A stretch of DNA of 64,000 bases, taken from the NCBI GenBank assembly GCA_051294905.1, contig CM119372.1, positions 37,636,001-37,700,000 of the forward strand, given 5' to 3'. Numbering within the stretch: the stretch's first letter is position 1; every line of letters begins with the position of its first letter. This document shows, piece after piece, positions 12,661 through 25,735 of the stretch. A program made the translations under genes and the position numbers. The notes below the pieces were generated by a model that ran no database searches, was not told the origin of the DNA, and saw only the letters and a program-made list of their open reading frames with translations. The stretch is from Botryllus schlosseri. Lineage: Eukaryota.

Positions 12661-13900
12661 CTTCATAATTCTTTTGAGATAGTATTTTGTAGGAAGCGAT
12701 TGGTCTTGTGCTGCGAAAATGACTCCTTCGCTTGCCGGTTTCAGGCCAGAGCTGGATAGCCAGGTCCATGGAAGCTGGTCTACATGGGGCTGTGAAGTTA
12801 ACCTCTTGTGCTGTCCATGAAGAGGCATCGACTCCGATATCGTTTCTTTCATTATGAGCGTTGCATTTTTGTATTGAATTCGTGCTGCTTTTGCTATTGT
12901 TGTGGGTTCGGCAACAGTGTTTTCAGCAGTGTACATGTTAGCTGTATCCATGTTGACTTCTCTGACGTAGCCTACTTGTCGTGACGATTGCTCAGAGATT
13001 TTGTTTTGCGCAGTTTGTCTTCCTGTGCAATGAGTTTGTAGTAAATGTTATCGCTGTTGTTGATGTATTGTATTATTATATTCTTTATTCACAGTGAGAA
13101 ACTGGTCAATACACACATAATCCGAGGAGCAACCTGCACCCAAAGGAAAATGCCGAGATTAGAGTAAATTTTTAAAATTTCAGTAATGCAGTCAAATTGT
13201 TATTCCTATGCAATACATGGAGAAGTCAATTACAGAATTGCAGTAGATGAAGAATTGGCAAGGGTTACAGAGCAGAGGTAGAGATGATTGAAAATGAAGA
13301 ATCGAAATTACAGAAATGATGCTGTGATTCACTAGTATAATTTTAGTCTAGTGGTGCATTCAAGGCCTTCCAAAGAATATGCACAGTGCCCAATAACGTG
13401 ATCTTTTGGATCATGTCGAATCGAACGTTACCTGGAATGTGTTGGATATGTCTCATGAGTTTTTTGCTTACGACCCTTGTAGCGCCAATGACTATCGGTA
13501 CCATGTTTATTTGCATCGTCACATTTTCTCACATTCCATTTTGAAGTCTGCGTATTTGGACTGCTTTTCTGATTCTTTTTGTTGTATATTGCGATCAGCT
13601 GGGACAGCCAGTTTAATGAATAAGCACTCTTTTCTTTTTTAGTTTGATGATCATATCCTGGCGGTTGCTTCTGATTTCGCGGTGAGTTATAACTGGTACA
13701 TCCCACAGAATTTTTACCTGGTCGTTTTCTGTCACTGGTGCTGGGCTGTAATCGTACCAATTTTTTGTCGAAGTGGTGATGTTAAAATGTTTGCATAATT
13801 CAAGATGAATGTAGTGACCAATCCTATTATCTCTCCATGTGTATTCGGTAGCTGCAAGTGCACCACAGCCGGACATGACATGTGCCACAGTTTCATTTTG
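12661..13900 (-). mobile_element. R4/Dong-like non-LTR retrotransposon fragments (restriction-like endonuclease type)
   Basis: 13900-13340: ETVAHVMSGCGALA..Y..R..N, KILWDVPVITHREIRSN(RP)D, EKQSKYAD. 13110-12661: MPLHGQ, WTWLSSSGLKPASEGVIFAAQDQSLPTKYY. Frameshifted. Confidence 0.8.
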
Positions 13901-14032
13901 GTAAGCCCCTCACGCTCTTCCTCTGGTTTGGTCCCAACGCATTCGCCCTCGACTACACCACGAATTCATGATCAGATACATTTCCATCAGGTCTTAATCA
14001 GCTAGACGCGGAAATGGTCATGATAATTGCTA

Positions 14033-14240
14033 CAGAGACCGACAAGCTGTAAAATGTGACTCATCAAAATTTTCTAGGGCAATATATCAGAATTCTTGAC
14101 GAAGCTCATATATATTATCGCTTACGCGATACCAAACAATTTGTTAACCGAAATTCATGAAGCTTACACAGCCTCACGAATTCTGATATACTGCGCTAGA
14201 AAAATTTGTTAAGTCATATTTTACAGCTTGTCGGTCTCTG
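14033..14240. repeat. Short foldback element
   Basis: CAGAGACCGACAAGCTGTAAAAT... and ...ATTTTACAGCTTGTCGGTCTCTG form inverted arms. Confidence 0.75.
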
Positions 14241-15380
14241 CTGTATAAAACACAGCGTGTGTAGGTTACGACAGCGAAAACGAAGTAACCCTGCTATATC
14301 CATCATATCAGTAATTCCCAAACGTTTTTTACACAAAGCCATCTGCCTCCTGGGCCGCAACTCAGGTATCAACGCCCCTCTAACCTTCACCTACTCGCGA
14401 CAAAAATTGTTTGTTTTAATACACCGACCCTACGCTATCGTGTCGACTTCGTGCGTTGATCTAATTCATTGACAGCCAGATATACGTTATTTACGCTATG
14501 TCAGAAACACATTTTGGAACATTTTTACGACATGCACGGTCAGTGAAGACGATTGTACAAGGAAGTATCTCTTTCATATCATCGTACTTCATTATGGTAT
14601 GATATGGGCTTAAAACTTCATCATCCTCGTTCTACGTGCATTTCATTATGTGCACATAACTTTCGCTCGATAGTTGTCAGTGGATAATTAGTATATTCGT
14701 TGTTTGATTTATTGTTTGGTTGGTTGGTTGGTTGGTTAGAATGTTATAAAACTCAATGTTGCATAACAATAAACATCTGCGGAGAGCATTGGTGACGTCT
14801 CCTGACCGCGGCCGCAAATGACGTGATTACATATTCATAAATATTACTTTGGTGTACAGAGAATGATATGAATTTACTGATTTTCCCAAACAGTGCGTCC
14901 ATGCTTCCTCTCATAACCCCTCCGTCTCTCAGCACCCCCAATCTCCAAATCTGTAGCTAGAACCCACTTCGAGGTCGACAGAGCCCCTAGGAACCACTGC
15001 ATTATATGATTATATGTCCTGTTGACCATTTTAATTACTGCCTGCCATCCTCGAACGACTTCATCGGACGAATTTTATTGACTTCATCATTCCTTACTCT
15101 GATCAGCCATTTTGCACGGAAAACTGAGGCGCAATCGATGCAGAAAATATATACTTTGTATTGACATGAATTCCACCAGGCAATATGTAAATCTAGGAAT
15201 ACGATGTAGATGTTCTTCAAATGATAAAATTTGGATTGTCACTTTCCCTAAAGGCGAAGATGTTCTAGCGGCGTAGCTTATTTAGCGTGCAAATTAACTT
15301 TAAACGGGTTGATCAGCGCAGTACGATGAGGTGAAAATGGAACACCAATTTTTCCGAAGAACAGTTCTTCAGAGAAATCT

Positions 15381-18300
15381 TCATTCGATATCAAACAGCT
15401 CCTCAAGCCTTTCCTCTGTTAAGTAAGGCAATAAAGTTAAATGAATGACAAGATTGTTAAGGGCAGTAATGTTATGTATGTCAATTACGAGTGATCTCGC
15501 GTAGAAAGAATGTTGTAATGTTCGTTGCTGAATGCTTAAGTTGCCGATTTTTTGTTAATGCAGTGGGATCATTTGTCCCAATCCACCAGAACTTAACAAT
15601 CGTGGATAGGAATGCATCGTTGCTTGTATGAGTTATTGCCAAGATAACAACGCTAATTTGATCATGACGTGGCAATAGTCAAAGAATAATATGCTTTTAC
15701 TCTTTTTGTTGTCAGTAATAAAACACATTCATGTATGACATATCAGCATGAAATAGCGTGAATAATTATAATGAACTTCATTGACACAGCGCGTGTGTTA
15801 AGATATTTGACTTCCAATGCGGAAAATCAGATCTCCATGCTAGGACTTATTCGAATAAACATGATTTGGATACCTAGAAAAATTTATCTTTCGGTGTACT
15901 TTAGTTTCGGATGCAGTTTTAAATTTGTATTTTCGAAACTTTATTTTATTCGCAGGAAATCAAACCAATTACAGTTGTTTAGTGCACATTTTATATCAAA
16001 CTAAGCTTGATATGACCATGCTAATGAGCAAATGGCTTCGTACGTTGGTTTCCGACTTCTCATGTCAATATAAATGAGCGATATCGTTTTATTATATCGT
16101 TTTAGAAATTAATATTTGCATTTACAACGAAATCTAAACTTTCGAAAGACTGCAAATTTTCTGTAGTCATAAACTTTACAGAGTCATGGAATTATTATTT
16201 CAACAATGTCGCATTTTGGCCGTACTTATTAAATTCCCGTCCAGAATAATCAGTCACGAGTTTACTGATGTGTTACTTGTTACTCACCAATGTCGCTTGA
16301 TGTCTCGATAATACTTCTCCGCTTTCTTCCCAAAGGCCACCATTTAGAACTAGGTCTTGTGGAGCCACTAATATGAAAATGAAAGTATTTATGCGCGGGT
16401 CTATCAATAAATGTAACACGTGAGTGGATATTGTTGAAAATAACGATTCCAATAACATATTTAGCAGTGATCTATTACGTTATAATCTTCCGTACCCCTG
16501 ATCTAGCAATCGTTCCAAAACATGTCAACTGTGACGAGGTATGTGAAGTACACTGCCATCGAAAATGCACATACAAAATGTTCATTTAAGGTGGCAAATG
16601 TGACAACAGCCTACTGTATCCCAGGGTCGTGGGCACTCATGTAAACTTATTGATATGATTCGACTTGACGAGTTCCGTTGATAAATGGATTAACGGACGT
16701 TAAGATATGTCAACTAGCTCATGACTCGAAGCATAGTGTCCTATATGGTGTGGACACAGAGAGACTTGACGGCTCATTGCATTTGGGTTACGTCATACTC
16801 TCTATTTGACCAAAGGCAACTTCACGGCCATTTTTGACCGGCTTGCCGAGCTGTAAATTCAGTAAAACGATCAATGAAAAGCTGCTGCTATACCGATTAC
16901 AAAAATATAAATTTCATTCTAATCATGGTCCTGGAACTCCCCAAAATCAGCCTAGAAATTTGCATTGTGATTGAGTTTTGGGATTGTGACGCCACAATTC
17001 AGTCTGGCAAAACGTGAGTGAAGCTGAGAAGAGAAAGCCAGACAGTCCTGTTGCGTCACACTAACAAAAGTCGATAACAATGCAAATTTCTAGGTTGGTT
17101 TTGGGGGGTGCCAGGACCATAAACAGAATAAAAATTATATTTTCGTAATCCGTATAGCAGCAGCTTTCCATCGCTTTCCATCGCTATCCGTTTTATTGAA
17201 TTTAGCGTTCGGCAAGCCGGTCAAAAATTGTCATAAAGTTGTCTTTGTTCAAATGGAAAGTAGGACGTAACCCAAATGCAGTGAACCGTTCCGACTCGCT
17301 GTGTCCACATCATATTATATGACACTATGCTCGAAGTAAACCTTAAGTTACAATACGCCATTAAGTGGGCGGTGTAGACCAGTGGTTAACCTTTTTTTCC
17401 CGCAGCGCTCCTTTTCGAAAATTTCCTAAGTCTGGCGCATGCCCATATTTTAAGGACGGTAGTAAAAACAAGGAGTAATAGTTCGCAATCCGGTAGGTCT
17501 TTTCGAGTTGGGACTTCACTATTGGAAATATCGTGAATCGCTCACCAGCACCACTCGACTAATTAACGCTATTGTAATTGTACGTGTTATATTCGGGATC
17601 AAATCAAGGTTGTTATAACAACCATCGGCTACAGGCTCATACCATCTGGTTCGAGTCCGGTGTTCACATCCCGAATTCACCTCGGCAACTGGCAATACGG
17701 GGACGTCAATTGTATCGAGTTATGTTTTATGGCCTTGTGCAACTAGTAACTTAACTTAGATAGTGATGAAGATCTTTGCTCACGTTGAGTTTAGTACTAC
17801 ACCCAGTTATTTATTACCTTTGACAAGAATGTATTCCAAACAAAGCGACTCATATTATATAAAGTTCATGTGATGTTGCGGGTCACAGCACTAAACAGTG
17901 GTATCATCCTCTATGATACGATGAGGAAGTATTTTGAAAATATAATTTCGTAGCTCTCAAATACAAAGAAATTCAGTTAACCATTTTGACCAAAAAGTTT
18001 CAAAGCATCTTTAATGTACAAATGGCTCTCACTTTCAAAAGTGTTACAGTGCCTCTTTCTTCGATTTCGACACGCTGTGCGCTGCGGGATAATACATCTA
18101 TTTCGACACATTTTTTGGAAAATAACCCGAGTATTGTATGTGGGAATTGGCGATCTAGAAGTACGAGCAAATATTTTTACGTGATTTATACATAATAAAC
18201 CAATGCGATCATGAAAGCATGTTGCAAACATTGACTGCACATATTTCGCGCGCAGTGCGACGAAAAATTTCGAGATTTGACAGATTTTGTCAAATGTTAA

Positions 18301-20081
18301 TTTGCCATGAGAACTGTATAATTGCATATAATTGCTACTGCACCCTCTACTGCGACGCCACCCCACCGACCACCATATATCGCCCCCTGAACATTTCCGT
18401 CCCCTTCAAAATCCAAATCGCGCCTGCGGGGAGCTGGCGACAAGGTTAAAAAACACTGATGCAGACTATATCGCTATTTTTGTACACGGTTAACTTCCAC
18501 TGTACGTACAACGTACATGCTGCCTATATATGCGCTAGAGTGACATGTGAGACCAACCGTGCATTCGATGTGAATCCAGATTTTACCGAGCCTTCAAGAC
18601 GGACATATAGTGCAGTGGTACGGTCGAGGGCTGCAGCACCAAATGGATGGCGATTTGGAATTCGACAGAACTATTTCCGAAAACATGGTAGGTTCAACTT
18701 CACTCCTCCTCGTCGTCAGATCGACGCAAGTCGTGTCTTACGAACTATACTTGAGCGACAACGGGGTAAATTCGGCAGAATCAAGAAAAGGAACATCGAT
18801 GTGGTGGTAAATCACCGAACGTCGTTAAAACACAACTATTATAAAAATCTGACTTGACTTAAGGTTAGGGTTACCATATTTTTGTTGCTCAAACTTCAGA
18901 CACCCTTCAGCGTTTACTAGTGGGCGTTTATATGAGGCATGGAAACATTGTCTGTTAATATGGGGCACCCTAGCGAAGCATTGTTTATGTACTATATACA
19001 TGAGTGGAGTGGAACATCTAGGTTCCGAATTAGGCAATATCTAATGTGAGCTCCAGTGATGGCTTGGGTATGCAACAGATTTCTTCACGAGCCAGATGAA
19101 ATCGTCTGTCGGGCCGTCCATATATTACTATAAAATGCATCAGCATAGGTTGCACATTTAATGGTTTTCAACCCTCTGTGGTCGCGAAAATGTGGTCAGC
19201 TTGCCAAACCTACTCTGGGCCTATTTTGGATGTTGATTACGTTCAACATCTTCGTGATCCCCAGAATAAAGGCGAGAACGGTTAAGAACCACTGTGTTTG
19301 ACTAAAGAATCAAAACGGCCTTAATCATCTCTAGGAATATACCGTTATCTTATAATTGCGATTACAATTAGCCTTATTTCAGTAAATGATGGTTATTTTA
19401 TTTATTTTTTATTTTATTGTTAACGAGGGCGGTGCCCATATCAAAATCAATATACGTTAGACTACATTGCGCGCATCACGAAATAAATTTCAAGTAGCAT
19501 AAATCTGCGTAAAAATAATCTTGTTTATATTGGTTTATGAAAAATTTTTGATCCTACTTAAAGCCTAAAAAAATCCGGTCAATTTGGCACATTTTTGAAA
19601 TTTCCCCTCCGACGCATTTTTTACATTGACATTCCGGATATGTCCGGGAATGTCCGGGAAAATCCCGCCGTGTGGGAATCCTACTCAAGGTCAATATTAC
19701 AATGTACTGACTGGAATTGACTCAAGTCATCTTGAAAATTTAATGAATTCACTTGAATAAAATCAATTTATGCGATGACTCAATATGACTTGTTGTCGAT
19801 GGTAGTGACTTGTTTCTAACACCAGGATACATCTCCATTCAATTGGTATGTTTAGCTCACTTTATGCAGCTAGTGATATTAAAGCGACATTGTGCACCCT
19901 ATGCTGTGATAGAAACCACAAGAATACACAGTGTTTGTTTACTCTACAGGTAATGTTCTTTGTCAACGAACACGGGAAATTCGGAATGTAGGAGTTACCT
20001 GTCTTGGCGTGTATTCTGGGCGTCTACTGCCATGACCACCAAGCAAAGGCACGCAAACAGCGCAGATACCTTCAAATTCAT
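15381..20081 (-). CDS. 65-aa secreted peptide precursor (neuropeptide- or AMP-like): signal + QNTRQDSGSTRPSSKWWPL-G-RKRR + acidic tail
   Basis: Exons 20081-19999 (MNLKVSALFACLCLVVMAVDAQNTRQD, donor AG|gtaact, phase 2), 16367-16288 (tttcatattag| S GSTRPSSKWWPLGRKRRSIIETSSDI G|gtgagt, phase 1), 15415-15381 (ttacttaacag| EERLEELFDIE*). 198 nt in frame. Signal peptide with V-D-A cleavage site, amidation Gly and furin-type RKRR. Confidence 0.8.
16732..17329. mobile_element. ~600-bp foldback (long-TIR) element
   Basis: Near end-to-end inverted repeat (CATAGTGTC...GGACACAG / CTGTGTCC...GACACTATG) with flanking direct repeat CTCGAAG; a second, interrupted copy lies at ~43143-45325. Confidence 0.85.
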
Positions 20082-23000
20082 CCCTTTTACGAGCAAGCTG
20101 TAAGTAGGCCTATTTATATCTGCTAAACGGTAAACGTAAAACAATTACACTAGCACTCTCATAGTTACCAGCAATACCTCATCCGTCGGAATGGAATAGC
20201 ATAAAGTAATTGCCTTTGTTTTAATTCGCGGCCTACGAAATTATGATGGTCAGTCGCAGATCGAAAGATGGTCACGGGATCATCAAAATATAGATCACGC
20301 TCGACTGTATGATCCATGGCGATCTTTCCAACTTGGGGACCATTCGTGGCAAATATAAGCCGTCACTTATGACTTGAGCTTGTGTTGTGATACCCAACTG
20401 AGCGTATAAGAGTTTGCGATCAGTCAGTCAATCACTATTGTCAGATCATCATATCGCCCAAATCAAGAATGCCATGACCGCATCTCTTTATGTATAGTAA
20501 ACGTAATTTGCAGTGACAAATCAACTTTAAACAGGATCATACGCTCCCAAATATACAATAACATGACTTTCACCTACCATACCACTCTGTATGGATTCAG
20601 TAGTAGAATTTATCAAAACCATTTCTGTATTTATACTAACGACAATCTCCCTTTTTCTGCTAACTATTGGGCAAAGAGTATGTAACTGTTTGATATTTCC
20701 ACGAAACATAATGGCTTTGCTATCAGATACATTTATTTCAAACTATGTAAAATAAGGTGTATTTCACTAAAATTGGTTCTGATTCTCCGAACTTAGAAGA
20801 TGTTATCAAACGTATGTAGCGGTGACGTGGGTTTTATTATTTGCTATTGCTATTAAGCAATTGGAATTGAAACTATAAACTTCTCCTCCACTCCCTTCTA
20901 ATACATGGAAGCATTGTTGAGGCGATTAGCATGTTGCAAAAGGAATTTGAGCGTATATTGTCATCGCGTTCCTACATCATAGCATCGCATAGGTCTACAT
21001 CACAAACTACATGCTTTGATCATGGGAACGCCACAGCGTCTAAAAAAGGGTCGATGTAGGAATGACAGCAACGTGGAATCCATGCAGCTCCTTATCCTTT
21101 TTTATTGCATAGAAGTTGATCATCTCATATAATTCAATTATCTCATTTTCATTATGTAGCAATATACCAAATACAACAAATAATGCAATGTATGTATATG
21201 TGCATGTACATTATGCTATATAAGCCTACTTATATCTACAAGTTCTGCATCATGATCATAGGGGTTCATTAGCTATGAATTTGCACTTTTTCGAGCACTC
21301 AAGTAGGTTAAGCCTACTTGCACTACTTACTCAAGTAGTGATGTGTTCAGAGGCCTTGTATTCCTACACACCATGTACTTAGATTTTAAGCCACATCATG
21401 GATGTGTTCGAACAATCTGACGCACGTATAGGAATTTTCAATAGCAGCACCTCCTACATGTATATGCAATTCACATCTTTTCGTAGTATTTAAAAACCAG
21501 GAAGAGCTGCTAGCGCTGGCACAATTAATTCACAAGTATACTTGTTAAATATTTATTAGTCCACAAACTGCGCCATAATTTATGGATTGATATTTGTCAT
21601 TGTTAGAATTCCATGAGTGGAAAATAAAGCAATCGGGTGATCTCTCGTAACTGATGTAGCGTCAAATTTTGCTAAGCAAAAACCAAGTTGTTACCTTCTG
21701 AATAGCGTGACCAAGTGCCATTATGATCGTATCGTCAAATAAGATCAAGGATCCATGGGATCTGTCAAAGAAAACATTTAATATCTGTATTTCAATTATA
21801 CTTTCGAAATTCTGGTACGACTTTCACGCTATCATAACATCGATATATCAGTTCCAATTAAATTGAACAATCATACATTTGTCGATCATTTTTCGTATCG
21901 GTTACATTTTCTATTTGGTGTAATTGAGGTCGGCGTCTATTCGCCAAAGTAACGAAGAAACCCCACTTACAAGGTTGCTTGAAGCAGTGTCTCTCAGGCA
22001 TTTCCGATCGCGTACCATTAATTTGTTTTGCTTGAATACGCTGCGTTCCAACTGTTTTTGAACGACTTACTTTACTGAAATGTACCATAATTGAATAGCC
22101 TTAACGTTATAAATATACCATAACAAACACAGAGGTCTCAAACACGCGGCCGTCGAGAGCATTTTGCGCGGCCAGCGACGACATTTTGAAATTTCAAGTA
22201 TTCGATAATATCTTCAAGTGCCATATATCTTCTTTGTATTTAGGAACTAAAAGTTCAGTCTGAAACTACAACAAAAACCAGAAATATCAACCAACCTCAC
22301 CATCACTTCGCTTTTAAAAGCTACCATGTGTTAGAAGATCAGCTATTACGTCAAATTTCTAGTTCATGATGATGGAACATGGCTTGTTGATAATTCGTTA
22401 CTGAACATTGTGGTTTGGCTTGTGGCGAAGTTTCGTAAAATTACTCGATTTTGGATTGACTGGGTGAGTAAATAAAAATACTCAGTCGGGTCAAACAGTG
22501 ACTTCGTAATCCAGACGCAACAATCTTTGAAACGATCATGAAGAATAGTAATATATCAAAAGGTTGTAGCTTATGCTGCGTAGGTATATGATCATCTGAA
22601 TAACGTCAGTGTGCAAACTATTAAGATTCTGAGGCCCCCGTGACATATAGTTGGTTACATTCTGGGTGTTGTTTGTTCTCTTTATCCATATCATCATCGG
22701 TGGCGAGTAAGGTAGTATAGTACGTTCCACAGCTGTAACACCAATGCATTGTTTGTCGATTGGACATTTCTATTCCAGGGGTTCTTGACGAGGGCTACGT
22801 AGACCCCGTCGAAGTACCAAGCACCACATCAGGGGTGCGAAATGCATTGTGAAATTAGGCCTAGTCCTATATGCTGTGGAATATTTTCTGGGCCAATTTA
22901 ATCAACTGGAAAATATTCGTCGCGCTACACGCGGTTTTATGTGAATGGGCTTTCTGATGTTAATATGTAGGTGCCATCAGAAACTGTGTTCAAAATGGAC

Positions 23001-25735
23001 AAGGGGTACGAGAAATCTTATTGAAAGCACACGAGGTACCATCGTTAAAAATGTTAGAAAACAATGGTATTACCACAGCACAATTGCAGTTATTATAGTC
23101 GAGTTGTTATTGATCTGCTCCAATAACACCCGAAGGCTAATCTAACGCTGATTTAATTTGACTCTGGCAATGACAGTAACAATAGCTTACTTATCACGAT
23201 TATATCAGAAACCCGGATTAGGCTACACCGCTTAAATGCTCTGATATCAGATCAATCTTCAGTAAATTTTAAATTATTTCATATAAAATTGTGGCATGTC
23301 AAAGGTTCACCAGCTTTAATATTATAACCCGACAGCTTTACGATGTCATGATGCGTCCTCTCGCATGATGTCTACCTTATAACTCATTATTTTAACAAAT
23401 TATGTCCGGCACAAAAACAATTTCATTCAAATATTTGAAAATGTGATTTTTCCGTGCCAAGCGTGAATAGTATTATAGTAAATTACATTTTCACGACGTT
23501 TGTGGAATGTCTGTCTGCTAGGTCCCGTCAATTGAGGCCTACTTGACTTGCCTACTACATTTGACTTGAGACCTCTATGGCAGAACACCTATGAATATCG
23601 TAATGGTAATATCGGAATTTATTTTGATAAAAGCAACTGCATCGTCACTACGAGATTGTCCATCCGGAATATACCATTACCGGAATATACATCGCAGATC
23701 ACGCTGTCAAGGATCCTGGAACTTGATGAAGGTCGCGAACTCTTGATGAAAGAGATTTTGGGATAGTCGCCTGCTGGTATTTTGCACCACGGCCGTTACT
23801 CCAGATATATGGCAATTTGGGTCGTTCAAAAATAACTTCTAATGGATTCCGGGGATTTACTGATTGCAAAATAAGTTGCCTAAAAAACGCAGCAAAGAAA
23901 ATTGGACTGGATTTCAAGTGGTAGATGTGAACGCAAGGGAGTTTAAAAAATATTGAATTTTTTATAAAAAAAATTAAAAAAAATCATATTTTGATATCAA
24001 CCCCATGATATTATTGAGTTGTCTACAAAAATCTTTGAAAACAATTTCGACATCGTTTTTTTGGACAACCTAACACTTTCATCGGTTTGACAGTACAGTT
24101 CGAATTTTTTTTAAATTGTTTAAAATATATTCGAAATTTTCCAGCTTCTGTGCGTTGAACTCGACTCAAATTTGGTCTGTGCAGTGTTTGTTCTAGGAAA
24201 CCTAACAATTTATTCAGTGAATCCCAAGAATCACGAAAACACGTGGTTTTTGAACAACCGTTATGGCCATGCAAGATCAACGATATCGTTCGATTTGATG
24301 ATGTAAGACTAGTTTATGACTTTTGAGAACGCTTCCACTGCCTTAATCCCGGTTAGACTAATACTAATATGATGTATCTTCACTTCATACGTGGTCGGTT
24401 AACATGAAATTGTCAACATATATTTCCGCAGAACTTACATGATTCCTGGTTATTATTAGAACTTCCCACAAAGAAAACGGTTGTCTGGGTAATCGCAAAA
24501 AGCTCTGATATTGTTAGTCAAGATTATATTTCAATATCATGATTTCAAATAAAAACCTGCAACACCATCAGCCAATCTTAAGGCACGTTACGTAACGCAG
24601 TTTAATCAAACAACAATAAATCATCTGTGCGTATCCTTCTTGCCAAAAATTATGGTAATCAGAGCAAATCCGTATTTCTTCTTTCAGATGCAATCTCCAT
24701 AACATGGTTTTCTGCGAAGTAAAAATAAAATTGTATTGTATAACCATGGAGTAATCTCGAACTATTACAGAAACGTTTGAGGCAATTGCATTCATGATTT
24801 CGCAAATCCGAAAAAGCCCTACAGGACTGTAATAAATATTAAATAATCGACAATGCATATTAATGCATGTCCGAAGTATTTCAGCCATGATGCAGATAAT
24901 CTGCTTAATTTGACGGTTCGCGTTCGTAAATTAACGTTATTGAGATGGGAGTTGGAGGTCGATATAAGCGGTTGATAAAACCGTATCTCGCACCAGGACC
25001 AAATGTGGAGCGAGCTAAGAGTTGGCACATCAGGAATTTATTTTGACTTTGATTTTGACCTTTAAGAATATAAGAATCATCGTGTGAATATCAGCGTGAG
25101 CATGATTTGTTGCTTATCGCGTGAATCAGCTTCTCACCAAGTTAAAACATCAGCTTGCTAAAATCTTCTTCGGTGTTCCCGTCCATTTTTGGTATGAACT
25201 GGATCTCCATGAAACCTAGGGAAAGTGCATTGTTAATTCAGGTTGAGAACCACTGGAATAGAATGATCGTTAAGGTCACGATTATATATACCTACATCAT
25301 CAGATAGGCCGTTGGCCATCACGCGATATGCAATTCACACATAACCTCGCACCAAGAAAAGCTATCCTTGGAGCGTCAGTTTTAGCATTTTTGTCGATTG
25401 TAATTTTGCGTTGACAGCGTCTCTGCTGCAGTACGCAGTACAGTTTAGTTGAATTGGTAAAATTGACTGGAGCGACACGTAGAAACAGAATTCTTGTGAA
25501 CCCATAGGCTACCTCGCATGGAATGTACGACTATAGTTTGGTGTGCGAATGACGCGATTAATATATGTTAATCCAACTAACTAATCATGTTACTATAATA
25601 TTCAATTCATTCTTTCAATGCTCGTTACAGTTAGTTCGTGTTTCGGTAATATCGCCCAGACTAAATTCAATAGCTATAACTAAAATTAATATCCGATTTC
25701 CGTGAACGCACAGACCGGTCATTACTAAATATATA

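Noticed and set aside
18459..18857. 132-aa ORF and other mid-size ORFs in the track (e.g. 41414-41875, 60684-61130)
   Set aside because: No recognisable motifs; they lie in repeats or antisense to real exons.
19950..20099. Plus-strand 150-nt exon-like segment (tacag|...|gtaagt)
   Set aside because: It has stops in all three frames; the minus strand gives a clean signal-peptide exon.
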